A DNA stretch of 63,186 nucleotides, filler included, from Bigelowiella natans CCMP2755 (lineage: Eukaryota; Protista; Cercozoa), in assembly GCA_000320545.1 (NCBI GenBank). It is 8 parts of 8 records of this genome, joined end to end, with 100 filler letters (N's around TTAATTAATTAA, not from the genome) between each part and the next. Parts side by side here need not be neighbours in the genome. Positions count along the whole stretch, not along the records: positions 37,142 to 59,975 come from ADNK01000720.1; 7 more parts are not named here. One strand, given 5' to 3'. Below the pieces are notes generated by a model, which was not told the origin of the DNA, did no database searches, and saw only the letters and a list, made by a program, of their open reading frames with translations. A program made the position numbers and the translations under genes. Below are positions 41,112-54,100 of this stretch, piece after piece (position 1 is the stretch's first letter; each line of letters begins with the position of its first letter).

Positions 41112-41950
41112 AGCACTTGCTGAGTAATCAGGCGAGCAAGAACAGCATGCGCTGAATCGTGAACGACTGCTACTACTACTACAACTACTACCACTACTAT
41201 TAACACTACTACTCAGCTACTAAATCCGATGGTAGCTCCCACCTTTTGGCCTGACTGGGAGAGGCGTAGTCACCTCCCCCTTTTCGTCGACCTGGGGCGC
41301 GTGCCAATCGAAGTTGCTGGGCGGAGCGCCATAGCTTGGCGTGGCGACTGGATCTTGGTGTAGGACATCGTTCTCAGACATAAACCCGAGATAGTTACGA
41401 TCGTAAAGATTGTCATCGACTTCGCCTTGTTTCCTGGGTCTCGATGCTTCTCGTGCCTCTCGCTTGAAGAGGGGGGGGAGGGGAAAATAGATACATGCCG
41501 TTAGTGTGGAGTAATTGATATTATTTTATGGCATGGTGTGCACGGGCATGCCGGCGAAGAACGCAACTCACCACAACAAGCATCAAGCGTGAAATCCATA
41601 TAATGTGTACGGGTTTATAGCTAGAATACGTATTATGTACATGTGTTTTGTGTCCGGATTTTTGGGGTGTGTGTGTGTGTGTGTGTGTGTGTTTGTCTGC
41701 GCGCGCCCGATATGATTTTCTCGATTTTCTGTCTCCTTGTGCGGATCATTGAGTCGGTGATGAAAGGGGAGAAGGTGTTTTCAAGGATTTCTACATCAAT
41801 GTAGGTCTTGCCCTCTAACTCAACGTTGCGGCTACGCTGTTCGGCAGGCCCGTCTTTGACTCGCTGGACGATCTGAAGCTCCTCGTCCTCTTCTTCGCGA
41901 TCCAGCTCTTCTTCCAAAGCTGCTAAAGCTTCCTCCCCCGCTGCATTCGA
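37280..41950 (-). CDS. NHL-repeat beta-propeller protein, many exons; boundaries approximate
   Basis: Exon peptides: VVTIAGSQ..HRDGIGTEA, FLAPFGLAVTPSG, GSLIVADK, GDIFICDKLNHRIRRL, PDGYLYVADL, NDRIRRI..VTTYAG, DGAVYRAKFNHPQAIAV, PNGNLFVGEFSSQRIR. Confidence 0.8.
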
Positions 41951-42564
41951 GAGAAAATACCACTAATCAAAATGACACACTAGATGCTGAGGGGAAATGG
42001 AGGGAGGGAGGGGGGAGGAAGGGGTGTTTTTAATTCGAGCTGCGGAGGGGGCAAGCCGATGCTCTGATGCTCTCCTGATATCGATCGCATTTGAAAATAA
42101 GCAGTTTCGCCGATATATTTTAGGTGTTTTCCGTCTATTAATCGTTCTGTTTATTCAAAAAATCTCACCTTTCGCTTCGGTCTCTGTAAAAATGAGCCGA
42201 CTTGTTTTTAGGAGCGTAAACATGCTAAAAACATCGTACATATTTTAACGAATTTTTCTCACGACGAACGGCTTTGGGCAGCCGACACAACTCGTCCAGA
42301 AGGGAGGAACGGACGCGTAAAAAGGAGATTTCGGAATCAATTTTGTGGCCCCTGCGCGCCGTGCAATTTACGTTATTACGACAATTAAGTTGTGTATTAG
42401 AATAAAAATAGCGAATATTTTCCAACAGCTGATATCCAGGTTGGAAATAGATTAGGCTGACAACAAGAGCCACTGTGCTCATTGAAGCCCCCTCTCCCCT
42501 ACTACCTCTTTATGGATTGCTTTCTTCATTTACCCCAAATATAGGCCCTGCCAGGAAGCTGGCT

Positions 42565-45179
42565 ATGGAAATCCCTCGCCATCTCCTTTACCATCGCAAT
42601 GTTGATCCCCTCCTACGAAGGTTAGCCCTAGTGGGACTTACCGTGATTCCACTGTTGTTCTCCAGCAGCCCGACTTGGCCACATCTTCGATCGCACGCAC
42701 TGAAGCCAGCAGGCAATCGGATAACGCTCCGACGACTGCAGATTTCTTTCTCACCCTCCCATTCCCCGTGGCCTCGTCCATCTCTTCGGGCGACGAGGTG
42801 CAATCATAAGAGTGGTGTTACGACCGAGAATAGCCGAGGGGGGGGACAGGAGCCTTCACATTTCTCAAACCAGACGGCGCAGTGGCTGAGTCAAGTAATT
42901 ATCGGAATGGATGTTTGCCCTTGGGCAGGAAGGATGCCTCAAAAGGCACCCATGATCCTTCCATCGACCTCATCGCCGAAACAACCCGCGACGGCGGAGC
43001 AGCGTGCGGGTCTTAATTTAATCGAGCTCAGCGAAGATCAGGAGAGTAGCATTCCTGCGATTATAGAACATGTCAAAGAAGAGGCTAGAAGACTCGCCGC
43101 TGTTGACTTAACGACAAAAGCGACGACGCTGTTGATACTTCCGGGGAGACAGCCCTTCACAAGATCCTTCTCTGCTTTCCTCTCTTCCCTGCTGCCTCAG
43201 GCTTCAACGGCTGCTTTCGAGGCCACGGGGGGGGCAATCCAAGTCGTCCCCTTTCACCCCAACGCCACATACGCCGAGGAGGACGATGCATATGACTTCT
43301 CCACGCGCTCGCCATACCCAACGCTACATCTGCTCAGGGAATCGGACCTGCGAGCCGCAGAGACAGAGCTTCAGAGTCGCTTTGGCGATGTTGATAACTT
43401 CAAGGCGCGTAACGCTCGCTATCTCAGGGCCGTTGGCTTCCATGAGATGACGCAGTTCATCGAGGGAATTAAAAACGGGAGAGCGGTCGATCGATCATCA
43501 TCATCATTATCATCATCATCATCATCATTGCCGTCATCTCCTCCTTTCCCCGCCCCTGCCAACGAAGAAGAATGGATCCTTGGAGGCAAGCTGAGGCGTT
43601 GGCTAACACAGGATCCTTCGCTTTCTTCTACGCAGAAAAACAGCAGCCATGAGGACCAAGATAGGGGAGCCAAGACTGGGGCGGCGGCAACTTCCTCCTC
43701 TCCTTCAGGCTGCTGCGAAGCCGTTTTGGCCAAGCTAAAAATCGTCGAGAACATCGACGGGTACGGCTCCGGGGCCGTCGCGACGAGGGCGATTCGGCGC
43801 GGGGAAGTGATCGTGCGGATTCCTGCTAGAGCTTTGATGACCGCAGACACGGCTCGCACGGACCCTGTTCTCGGCCCAATCGTCGTCAACGGCGAGGGGG
43901 GGGGGGCGATGACGGACGGGCAGTGCCTGCTGCTCGCCCTTCTGTATCACTCATACCTCGGGACGCGATCGCCGTGGCACGACTACATAGCAATCCTGCC
44001 TCAACCGCCGCCATGGCAAGGCCTTTCGCATCCTCCTTCAGATGCTACAGCGGGGGCGTCATCGTGTTCCCCCTCCCTATCCTCGACCCCCTCATTCGAG
44101 CACCCTCTTCTTCTGGGGAGGGAAGCGCGCGAGCAGCTCCTTGGCTCTACCCCTTTGCGGACAGCGCTGGATGCTCGTGAGCAGCATGTGAGGGAGGATA
44201 TGGACACTCTCAATTCGGCGTTAGCAGCCGCTGCAGCAGCCTTCTCGGGTACTTCGTACACATCTCCATCATCATCATCATCACCACCACCATCACCATC
44301 AGCAGCAACAGCAGCTGTACCAGCTGCAACGACTCGTAAATATGAGGGAGACGAGCTGGAAGAGAGTAGTCCGGAGCCCTCCCCCACCCCCCACCTCCTC
44401 CGTCCGCCTCCCAACCTCACGTACGATCAGGTGGCGTGGGCCTCCGCGATCGTAGCCTCGCGCGCGTTCCGCATCGGCTGCGGTTTCGAGGACGGCAGCG
44501 ACGACGATGATGATGGTGACGGCAAGGCGAGCGTCCTGCCACCCCCACCCACTTCGGTCTCCTTGCTGCGGTCTACTATATATACGCCTCCCATGGCCAA
44601 GGGAAGAACAGCTTTCCCTGGATGCCATCCCGACGACAACAACAGCAGGCTCCGTTCTTCAAACGTCGTTGCTCTGGTGCCCTGGGCCGATATGCTGAAT
44701 CATGGGGAATCCGTGGGAATGGACGGCATTCTGCGCTGGGAGGAGGGGAGGGGGGGGGTTAAGAGGGAGCGCAGGGATGATGACGCTTTTCATGCGCACA
44801 ATGCCCGCGACGATAGCTGCAGCGATGACTTCGCGGTAACTACGACTACTGTTGCTGCTACTACTACTATCACTAATACCTCGAGAATAGATATGATATT
44901 TTTCGAGCGATAAGGCTTATCGCTGCGCGATGCATCGATCCTCATTACCAATACGTCACCGCGGTAACGGAGACTTTCTATCGTATATTTCTAAGAATCT
45001 GAAAGTTGCATGCTCAAGAACATAGCAATTCTCAAGAGTTTTGTTGTTTTGTGGTGCGTTGTACCTGCTGACACCATCAGGTGCTACGAGCGGACACCGA
45101 GTATCGTCCTGGCGAGCAGGTTTTCGACTCTTATGGGATCAACCTCTCCCCAATTGAAGCGTTCTTGAACTATGGTGAA

Positions 45180-45221
<42 letters not shown>

Positions 45222-45919
45222 GAGGGGGGGGGGGGGGGTAATAAAGAACACAAGCACGACGCGACGTGACCTAGAACGTAATGGGGGGCCTTTAAGATAA
45301 CGAATCAAGTTGCCACTCGTCCAAAAAAACACAACAACAAAATCAAAAATGAACTTGCAAAATAGGCCGCTGGTTCCCATAATAATGCAGAGGTTTCCTG
45401 CCCCTTCCTTCTCGCTGAACGGTTTTCGTCTCACAGGTTTTGCAAGCGTATCCGAGGCTACCAGCAATAGCAGAGGAGCGTCCTTGGAGAACAAGAAAGC
45501 AGGGCAAACTGCGTGGCTTCCCCTTGAAGAGCTAGTGCGTGCTGCAGGAACTCACTGTAGCCCTGGCATCGACGAAGAGACGGGGGAGCACGCGCTCATC
45601 TTGAAGCTGCTCTCGATGTCAGTGCCGTCCTCTATGCTTGCGATCGATCCCTCCACTTCCGAGCGATCGCTGGAGCGCATGGTGGCGCCGGTTGAGTGGT
45701 CGTTTGACATCGGCGGCGCCAGCGACGAGTTCTACAGCGACGAGGATGAAGATTTTGACGGCGAACTCCCCAACTACTTCGACTCTGGTTGTCCCTTAGC
45801 TTGAGCTGTACCTGAGCTTGCCCTCCGATCAATATAGCAGAAGAGGGAGGGGGGAGGGGGGGGAGGCTTTGTCTGAAAATTGTTATCAACACACATGATT
45901 CATATTACATAAATATATA

Positions 45920-45960
<41 letters not shown>

Positions 45961-46489
45961 TATAGGGTGGGAAAGCAGCCAAGAGGAGGGGGGAGAAGAT
46001 GAAGAAGGAAAGGAAGGAGACGGCCAGCATTATGGAGAAAGACACAGGCCATCACCACCAATTACCTCTGCAGCGAGTGAGCAAGAGCCCGCTGTCGAAG
46101 CAAGCTTAGGCGTGGCCAAGATTCTAGTCGCAACGCACCGCGATCTGATAAAAGCTGGGTGGAGCATGCAGGGAGGTATCGAGGGCCCAATAAGTGCTAA
46201 ATCCAAGTTCAAAGCGCAGGGCCTGGCAGCGAAGCTCTCCGTTTCAGTTGCAAATCGGCTGCATACTCCGGAAGAGGATGCCTGGGAGACCGAACTTGAG
46301 TCCAGGGCACTTCGAGCTATAGCCCTTGCTTGCAGGCAAATGGCAGTGAAATATGAGGCCGCCATTTCCGAGCAGCGAAGTCTCCCTAACACCACGAGTA
46401 TAGCAAGGTCTGGGATCAATCGAGGCTATTCACACATCGCACAGGAAGCTGCAAAGCTGATGCGTCACCAAGCAACAGCTTTCAGGTAG
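42565..46489 (+). CDS. DUF1415 plus SET-domain (Rubisco-LSMT/SETD3-like) lysine methyltransferase fusion with a bipartite-type leader
   Basis: DUF1415 motifs WLSQVIIGMDVCPWA, TTLLI, IQVVPFHP and RSPYPTLHLLRE lie in the same exon as the SET motifs GYGSGAVATRAIRRGE, SPWHDYIAILP, WASAIVASRAF and ALVPWADMLNH. The next exon gives GEQVFDSYG..FLNYG. Confidence 0.88.
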
Positions 46490-47312
46490 AAGTAGTGGTA
46501 GTAGTACATGTAGCGGCAAGATTCGCAGCTTGTGAATCCTTATCGTCATTGTTTTTAATGATTTTTGTTGTATTCTACGGCACACCGCGCGGTGTTTGTG
46601 TTGTTGTTGTCTGCCTCGCTATCAAACGCATGCTTCCTTTCACTTTTGTGCCGCTGGGCCAAGTATTTTACCTTGAGGTGCGTATTCATTCTATGTCATT
46701 CGTGTATGTCGAAATGCCAGGTGTGCCTCTGAAGTGTATTTCAGTCGGGCAAATATGCTACTTGATAGGCCGAGTTGGTAGTGATCGTAAGTGCCATGCA
46801 ATACGCATGTCTAGATTGGGGAGTGTTCGCACTGACTTTTGGTTGAGAAGGGTGCTAGGGGTTGTGATGTAAACGAGTCAATCTGAATTTTGAATAGTCC
46901 TTCTGTCCAGTTTGTGTGCATGTATTTCATAGTTCCACATTTCCATACGAAGCATAGCTAGCTAGCTAGCAACGCATTGTGGTTCAGCACCATGTCTGCT
47001 TGCATGTCCGCACGCATGCGCTGTCCAGACGACTTTAGCAGCACTGTGGTGCATGTGCACGATTTCATCACAATGTAGCGCTCGATGTTTAGCCAGCTAG
47101 CTAGATCAGAGAAAGAAGCTGCCGCGTGTTCACTCGTGATCATGCGAACACCATGCATTTTTTGAGACTATTATTGCTACCACCATATGCGCTCAAGCGA
47201 CACAAAAACCAGATTTCTTCGCAGGTCGCGATTGAATATTCGATTCGAGCTGTGCACGCTATCGCATTATTCTGTTTGTTATTGTGTGATTATGATCGAT
47301 GACCCACAACAG

Positions 47313-47353
<41 letters not shown>

Positions 47354-47666
47354 TCCACGTACGTACATGATGTAGCCATGCTTCTGCAGGCCGGTTCTCA
47401 TATTTCGACTAAGATTAATGACGGGGCTAGTACGTACGCATGAACCTTTCATGCACAATTAGCTCTACACACACCACTGCGTTCGCTAACTACAGCGTGC
47501 TAATCTGTACGTACATAGATATCTCATTATCTACTATACAGACTGATGTCATTACAAGCTGCACCCCAACAATGGCGCTAGCAGGAAAATGCTTCACGCA
47601 TGTGCTCTACATATCTAGACATGGCTACCGCGTTATCGTTTACAAACAAACTAATCTCATAACGTG

Positions 47667-49016
47667 CTAATCTGGGTACTTGAAAGTTGGCTTCACTTTC
47701 GATATCCAGTCCATCCCCAGTATGGAGTGTTTGATGCCGCCCCCGCGAATGGTCACTTCAAGTTCGCATATCGAGGTGGGGGGGAGCAATCTGTCGGACG
47801 GCTTGCCACTCAGCAGTGTCCTGACCTGAAGTCTTACTAGTGCCCGTCTCTCCGCAGCGGTGGCATTTCGAATCACGACTTTGCCTCTCTCAAGGAGCTT
47901 CAGCTTCCTTGCAACCTCTTCTGAAATCGCCGATCGACTGGCCCCGGTGTCAACCAACCATTTACTCTTTACAAACCCCCTCGCCTTCTGCACCCTTTTA
48001 GCCTCCACCCATATAAACGGCCTTCTCCTCTTACCATCCTCGAATCTTACGACAGGTGGTCGGGCGCCATTCTCAGAACGCCCGCGTCTCCTCGGAGTGT
48101 GGGGGTGAGAGCTCCCTCCTTGACCTTGCGAGCGCTGTCTTGGAGTTTGAGAGCGAGAGCGGCGTCTTTGCCTATTAGTCTTGTTATCTTCGAGATCAGA
48201 GCGTGATAATCGTTGTTTCACGAAGGATAGTATCGTTTCTATCAGAGTAAAGTGGCCCTTCTTGTAGTGAAGGCCGAATAAGAAATCATTGCCAGCCTTT
48301 TTCCTCATGATAGGGCTTCCTGAAGCCCCGCCGGCACCGTTATTCTCTCTCATGTATTCGTCGAACCTCGCGCCTCCGCGCTGGTACTGGCCAATTTTGT
48401 CACCTTGCGCAATGTCTTTCACCATTCTCCCAAATGATGGAATAATTTGCTCTGATTTGTGCAGAAACATTGCCCCGAGAACGGTTTCGCCCTTCTTTGC
48501 GAGCTCGTCGCTGGCTGCTGCTTGTCCAACGTTCAGTTTGTTCCTATTCGACAGTTTTTTAGCGATTCCTCTAGATACTGCAACCCAAAGAAAATCGAGA
48601 TTCTCACGATTGAGCTTTCGGGGAGGAGAGAAATAGAAAAACGTTTTAGGATCTAAGTCCTTCCCTGAGAAGCGTATTTCAGGGAATGAGTTGGATTCTG
48701 GGATCTGGAAGCCCAACGATTTGGATTGAATGGCCTTTTTCACACTTGCCTCATCCATGACCGAGGTGTCACCAAGCAGGGGCCGAATAACATGAGCGGC
48801 AGTAAGTAAAGACAGTCTTGGGAAACCCCTTTCCGCCGAAGTGACCAAAAAGAAAGTCCCACCGCCTTTTGAGTTGCAGCAGAGGCGCCCAGTACATTGG
48901 GAGAGTTTTCCAAGCAAAGACTCTTGATCGAAATTCGTCCTTTGAGGTTGGGCAGGGCGTCGTGCGCTTCCAGATACTTTTTCGGCACCCTCACGAGATT
49001 TGCACTCTCCCATCAT
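47667..49016 (-). CDS. intronless two-protease protein: trypsin-like (clan PA) serine protease, Arg/Ser-rich linker, retropepsin-like (clan AA) aspartic protease
   Basis: 449-aa ORF with LLTAAHVI (His), NLDFLWV (Asp), GGASGSPI (Ser), then WLVDTGASRSAIS and SILGMDWI. Confidence 0.8.
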   Translation of the reverse strand: MMGECKSREGAEKVSGSARRPAQPQRTNFDQESLLGKLSQCTGRLCCNSKGGGTFFLVTSAERGFPRLSLLTAAHVIRPLLGDTSVMDEASVKKAIQSKSLGFQIPESNSFPEIRFSGKDLDPKTFFYFSPPRKLNRENLDFLWVAVSRGIAKKLSNRNKLNVGQAAASDELAKKGETVLGAMFLHKSEQIIPSFGRMVKDIAQGDKIGQYQRGGARFDEYMRENNGAGGASGSPIMRKKAGNDFLFGLHYKKGHFTLIETILSFVKQRLSRSDLEDNKTNRQRRRSRSQTPRQRSQGQGGSSHPHTPRRRGRSENGARPPVVRFEDGKRRRPFIWVEAKRVQKARGFVKSKWLVDTGASRSAISEEVARKLKLLERGKVVIRNATAAERRALVRLQVRTLLSGKPSDRLLPPTSICELEVTIRGGGIKHSILGMDWISKVKPTFKYPD

Positions 49017-51626
49017 CCCGGGTTATCTGAGCCGCACGATGCATTCATTCCATCCATTTTCAGATCGAATCAACAGCATCGGAAAAAAACGGACCGGCAA
49101 TCACAAGTGTTCACCGCTAGCCGACTCTCTCCCCCCCCTTTCAACATTGATGCACGTGAAATGAAGACAGCTCCCGAATTTCACCGGATGTTTTGAGCGC
49201 TCCCTCCTCCCATCCTGAATCGCGCTGGTGGTCTTCCCCTCATCATCCGGGTTGTGGGGAATTGATCTGATGGGACGTAGCCAATCCCAGCATCAAAGCA
49301 ACGGAAATCAAGGGGATTTCTTTCAGGATTGAGCAAATGTCCGGATGTTCCGATTTCTGGAGACTCTCGAGAGATCATTCGAGAGTATTTGTCGTTGGTG
49401 ATCGCAAAATCAATGGAAGGAGTCTCCCCGTCCTGCCTCGAAGAAGTGTCAGGAAAAAGTGCTGTGGAGAAAACTGGGAAAAATGGAGAGGAGGAAAAGA
49501 AAAAACACGTGCCAAAAAGAAAACTGCAGAGACTGTGGAAAGTGCAGCGGGCAAAGAACCAAAAGAACCCACCATTGAGGCCAAGGAGGTGGGGAGGTCG
49601 ATCCAAAGGTTGCAACAAGGTGGACGAGGAAACAGAGAGAGAGTCGAAGACGATGACGAAGCAGAGGAAAGGCAAAGTGGAGGAAGTCGAAGACGACGAC
49701 GAGTCCACTGAAGGTCGAAAAGGACAACTGCACATCGTCCCAAGCTGGCAAGGAGTGACTGAGTGACCAAAGAGAGAGGCTCGAGCAAGTTTTGCTCGTT
49801 GAAACGTTGCGAAACCTTTTGCAAAGCTGGGAAGTGAAACTTCACTTGACGGAAGGGAAACGTTGCCGTGACGTTTCCTTGTTCAGCACTCTCAACTCTC
49901 CCTCCTTTTTCGCCACGCAGCCAGGAGCGTCGCTGGGGGTTGTTTTCTTCTCTTTCTCTTCGCTTCTTTGTGCACGATGCTCCTTGCATCTCGTGAACTC
50001 TCTGAACCCACTGCCTGATTGGCTTCTTCAGTGGTGTTCATTGAAAGCGATTCAACTTTTCTCACCCCCCTTTCAGTGCTTTGATATATTGAGTGTGAAG
50101 AAGAACAGCTTTGAGTCCACTTTGTGTCTGCAAGAGAGGTTCCATGAACCTGTCCACGTCCACTGTTGTTTCAAGACCACGTTTCCCCTTTGCTTGTTTG
50201 GTGAGATCCAACAAGTCCAACAAGTGCAACTCAGCTGGTCCCGCCTCCCACTCAACAACACGGAGAAGAACAGCTTTGAGCCTCTTCAGTTCCTGCAAAA
50301 GCGGCGATTTCGTGTCCCTTTGACTTGCTTCCACGTTGTTGTGTCCTCGTCTCCTGGTGAGGGGAGGGTCAGGGGTTGAGTCACGTTCCCTCTTGTGGAA
50401 ACGCCAACGACAACACCCCACAACAACTCTGAAAACGTCGAGAAAACATCGTGGGAAGCTTGCAGACTGAAAATCGACTCGTTGCCTCAAGTCTCAACCG
50501 ACCTGCTTCTGCCTCTTCTCATCCACTTTTTCGTCGTTCCTCAGTGTTCAGAGTTGTCCCTCGTGCACGTGAACCAGTCTCACGTGTGCCTTGAAGCAAG
50601 AAACGTTCCCTTGCAGACCAGGCTGGCAGGTGAGGACAAGCTGGCAAAGTTGCCTGGGAGCGAGGGCCCAAAGCCACCAGCTTTGACAACACACTGTGGG
50701 CAGCTGTCAGCTTCTCTCCTGGCGACTGTGAGCCATGGATCAACGACGTTCGCAGCGCAATGACTTGTTTTGTCAAGCAACGTCGTGCGTTGGCTTTGCT
50801 TGTGGAGTGGGCTGTGCAGGCACTTTTTGAGGTGTCTTTGCTGGTGTCGTGCTTGTCGGTTGTTTGTCTTTGTTGTTTTTGTGCACTGGTCCGCTGTTGT
50901 TGTCAACTTTTGCCATCGTCGGTCTCTCGGTCTCTCTCAGTTCCTTGTCTTTGTTTGACTTTTTTGTGGTTTTGGGGTTTTTGTGGTTTGGGGTTTTTGC
51001 CTTTTTTTGGTTGCTCGAAGTCTCTTGTCAATTGGGACTTTGAGTTTTGTTCCTCAAGGCCTCGGCGTGCTGTGTGCGGGTGGCAAAGTGACGAGAGCAA
51101 GCTGGGAGCGCACAAAGGGAACGCACGTTCAGAACTCAACTCCAGAGTTCACCCTGGGCACTGGTTGCCAGTCGAAAGAAAACTCTGGGACTTCCTTTTC
51201 TGCACGCTGCTTGGAAAAAAGCGCACTTTTTGTGCACGTGCGCTCCGGTGCGACTTGTGTTGCCGTGTGCGCCTTGGCTTGCGCTTCTCGATGCCTCTCT
51301 GCTTTCGCTGTCGTTGTTGTCGCGCTGCCACGCTCCGTCGCTGCACAACAATCGAGACGTTGCTGCCGTGCACTGCGTGTTGAGGAAAAAGTTGTGCACC
51401 CACGTCAGGCCGCAAGGGCGCGCGAACAACCCCCTCGTGGCTTTCAAAAGGAAGAAAGGAAGGAAAGGGCGCTTTTGGCGGGGTCAAAACTCAAACAGAG
51501 AGTCTCCCCTGTGCCCCAGCTGGTGCACGTGACCTTCCTTTCGCCGACCAAGGTGGACACCAGTCCAACAACCCCTGCCAGCCTGTTCCCTCCCTGCCGT
51601 TCCCGCCCATTGAAACCAAGAGAGTC

Positions 51627-52724
51627 GTGCAGTCTCTCTCTCTGCACCCTTGCGTGATCGCCGACTTCAAGGCAGTCGTGAGTGCCTGGCGGCTGAGTCA
51701 CATCGCCAGGGTGACAGGGATTTCGACCTTCCGCCCAGCTCTTTCGTGGCGTGTCCTGTCGGACGCAGAGGAAAGCAACCGGTCACAGCCAGCGCACGAG
51801 GACGTGACTTTGTTCGACATCAAACTCTCGTTTGGGGAAGGAACTCACACACGTGAGTGTCCCCTGAGCTTCCTGCGTCCCCTCCTCTCGACTGACTCCC
51901 TGGCATCGGTGGCGAAGACTCTCCAAGTCCCTGGGAACATCGTGTGGACTTGGAGCTCTTTCGTCAACAGTCACGCTGACAATTGCAGCTTGAACCATCA
52001 CGCAACGGGAGTGGTGTTCTCCTCGGAATGGTCCAGGGATGACAAGAAGGGCTGGGTGTCCTTCGGCTGCAAGAGGCGCTGCAAAGGACTTTGTGTGCTC
52101 CGCCCACACCGTGGGGCGTGCACACCGGACGTGCATTGGCAGCGCGTCCTCGGGTGTGCAAGGATCGAACAGGACAAGGAGACCAAAGCTGAGGACGCAG
52201 CGAGCAACGTGCAAAGCTCTTGTCGCTTGGCAACTGTCTCAAGTCCTTCCCTTCAGTTGATCGACGATGACGACTTCGATGAGAAAGGCTCTCCGCTTGA
52301 AAACGCAATGGATGCAGGACACACGCCTTGGTCAGGAAGTGACTTGGTGTCCTCCTCTGAAACGCAGGAGCAAAGCGATGCAAATCGAACTCCTCCAAGT
52401 CCGCAGCGGCGCAATGCAAAGCGCCGCCGCACGGCACGATTGCGCAACGTTCTCACTTCAACAATGCTCACTTGCGCTTGCATCCTGCTCTTGCAATGCA
52501 ACGCACTTGCAACAATTGAGCACGATGCACTTTGCGCAAGTGAGGATTTTTTTTGTGAAAGGGGGGGGGTGTGGCGCACAGTTGCACGCCACGGTCCACA
52601 CGCGACGTGCAGTGTCCTGAGACGCTGCACAGCGACGTGGTGTGCGTCGCTCGTGGAACAATCTCAGAACGTGCGCACGGAGTCCTGGCATCTGAGAAAG
52701 TTCCTCAGTTCTTCCTCGGACTGA
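51627..52724 (+). pseudogene. relic ORF, Tyr-free and Cys/His-rich (possibly Tudor/Agenet-like N-terminus)
   Basis: 365 aa with no Tyr. Back-substituting C/H to Y gives natural-looking text, e.g. GTYTREYPLSFLRP and SFGYKRRYKGLYVLRPY. Confidence 0.5.
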
Positions 52725-53299
52725 CAATGCTCCCGGACCTGTCTGGGAACGTTCCGCACGTTGCTGCGTTCAAACAGCACGACAACGACGTCGGGACGAA
52801 GTGCAACGAAGTCAACACGTGGTTGTGGTGCAAGCAGAAGGACCTTCTCGGAGCCGCACGCGCAACTTGTGCCTGCTTGCGTGCAAACACAACTCAAACA
52901 CTGACACAACCCAAACGGACACACAACTCAAAAGGCAACAACAACTCAAACGCCACAGCAACTTCAAACTCATCAACGTTCTCATGGCAATCATCACTTC
53001 ACTTGTTCTTGTCGCGCTGCACGTCACCTTGGCTTTCAGCCTTGCGCTGCTGCTGCACGCATGCACTTCGACTCCACCAACACAGGACGACAAGGTCGTG
53101 GATCGCTGTCTCGGCAGGCCCCGCGCAAAGCAGGCATGGGAACCTCCTGTCGGCAGGGCCACGTCTCTCAACTCGTCAGCTGAGAGCAAGTGCGTGCTCG
53201 GCACATCCCCATTGGCACACGCCGCTGACGAGGGCGATGTGCACTCCAGAGTGACACATCCGTGCTGACATCGTTGTTGCGTGCTGCGGTGGTGGCGCC

Positions 53300-54100
53300 T
53301 GCAAGGAGCTGCGCCACAGGCTCCCCCCTTCTCTCCTTCCCTTGTCTCACTGAAGGTGCTCTTTCTTGACACGCTTGGTGGCTCGCTGGCTCGGGAGTCC
53401 TTGGAGCAGCAAGAAGACTGGTCCTCCCACAAGGCCTCTTGGAAGTCCTCAGACCCAACCAAGAGAGGCGACCACGAAGTGGTTGGCGACTATTGTGGCG
53501 ATGGCGTTGGAGGACAAGGAGAGTCGTGCCGTTGTCGCTCCAACGGAGGAGGCCTCGGAGACTTTGCTCCTCCTTGGGGTAGCGGAAATTGCTCGAAGAC
53601 TGGAGCACCTGGGAAACCTTTGTCGTCAGCTTGTTCGAGGTCGAAAGCAACGAAGTCGTCCTCGAAGTCATCGTCACCCACGAGCTCTTCTTTTGCTTCG
53701 GAAGACTGGGAGGGCGTGCACCCTGCAGACCCTTCACTCATTGCACGGCAGAGAGTCGGCGGCAGCAGGAGAATCCCACACTTCCCAGGGCGTGGTTCGA
53801 AGTTGCAGGCTGGTTCCAAGCACCGGCAGTGGAACTTGGACGTGAGAACGACGTCACGCCCATCGAGTTTGCGAAAACTTGCTCCCGTTGCGCGCAACGG
53901 GAACGTGCCAACAGGAAGCTCCGCGATTTCCCCCTCGATGACTTCGACGAGCGCAACCCAAACTCCTCCAACGAGCAACCAGCCAACTCAGCAACGACTT
54001 CGTCCTTCACCCAGTTGTCTGGCCAGTCCACCAAGCAAACTCTGCCTCCAGAAACTCAAGCTTGCGCCGTTCGCCGTGACCGTTTTCGAGAGCTGGAGAG
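53300..54100 (-). pseudogene. frameshifted relic ORF of unknown family
   Basis: Consecutive frames read VDWPDNWVKDEVVAEL.., LVEVIEGEIAELPVGTFPLRATG..KFHCRCLEPACNFEPRPGKCGILLL.. and an acidic tail. The translation is Tyr-free. Confidence 0.4.

Noticed and set aside
75-47400. Numerous short ORFs with YIYI, CVCV, HTHT, ERER or SLSL runs
   Set aside because: They are translations of intronic microsatellites.
47667-49016. LTR retrotransposon gag-pol
   Set aside because: A retropepsin motif is present, but the ORF stops right after it. No RT, RNase H, integrase, zinc knuckle or LTR pair was recognised.
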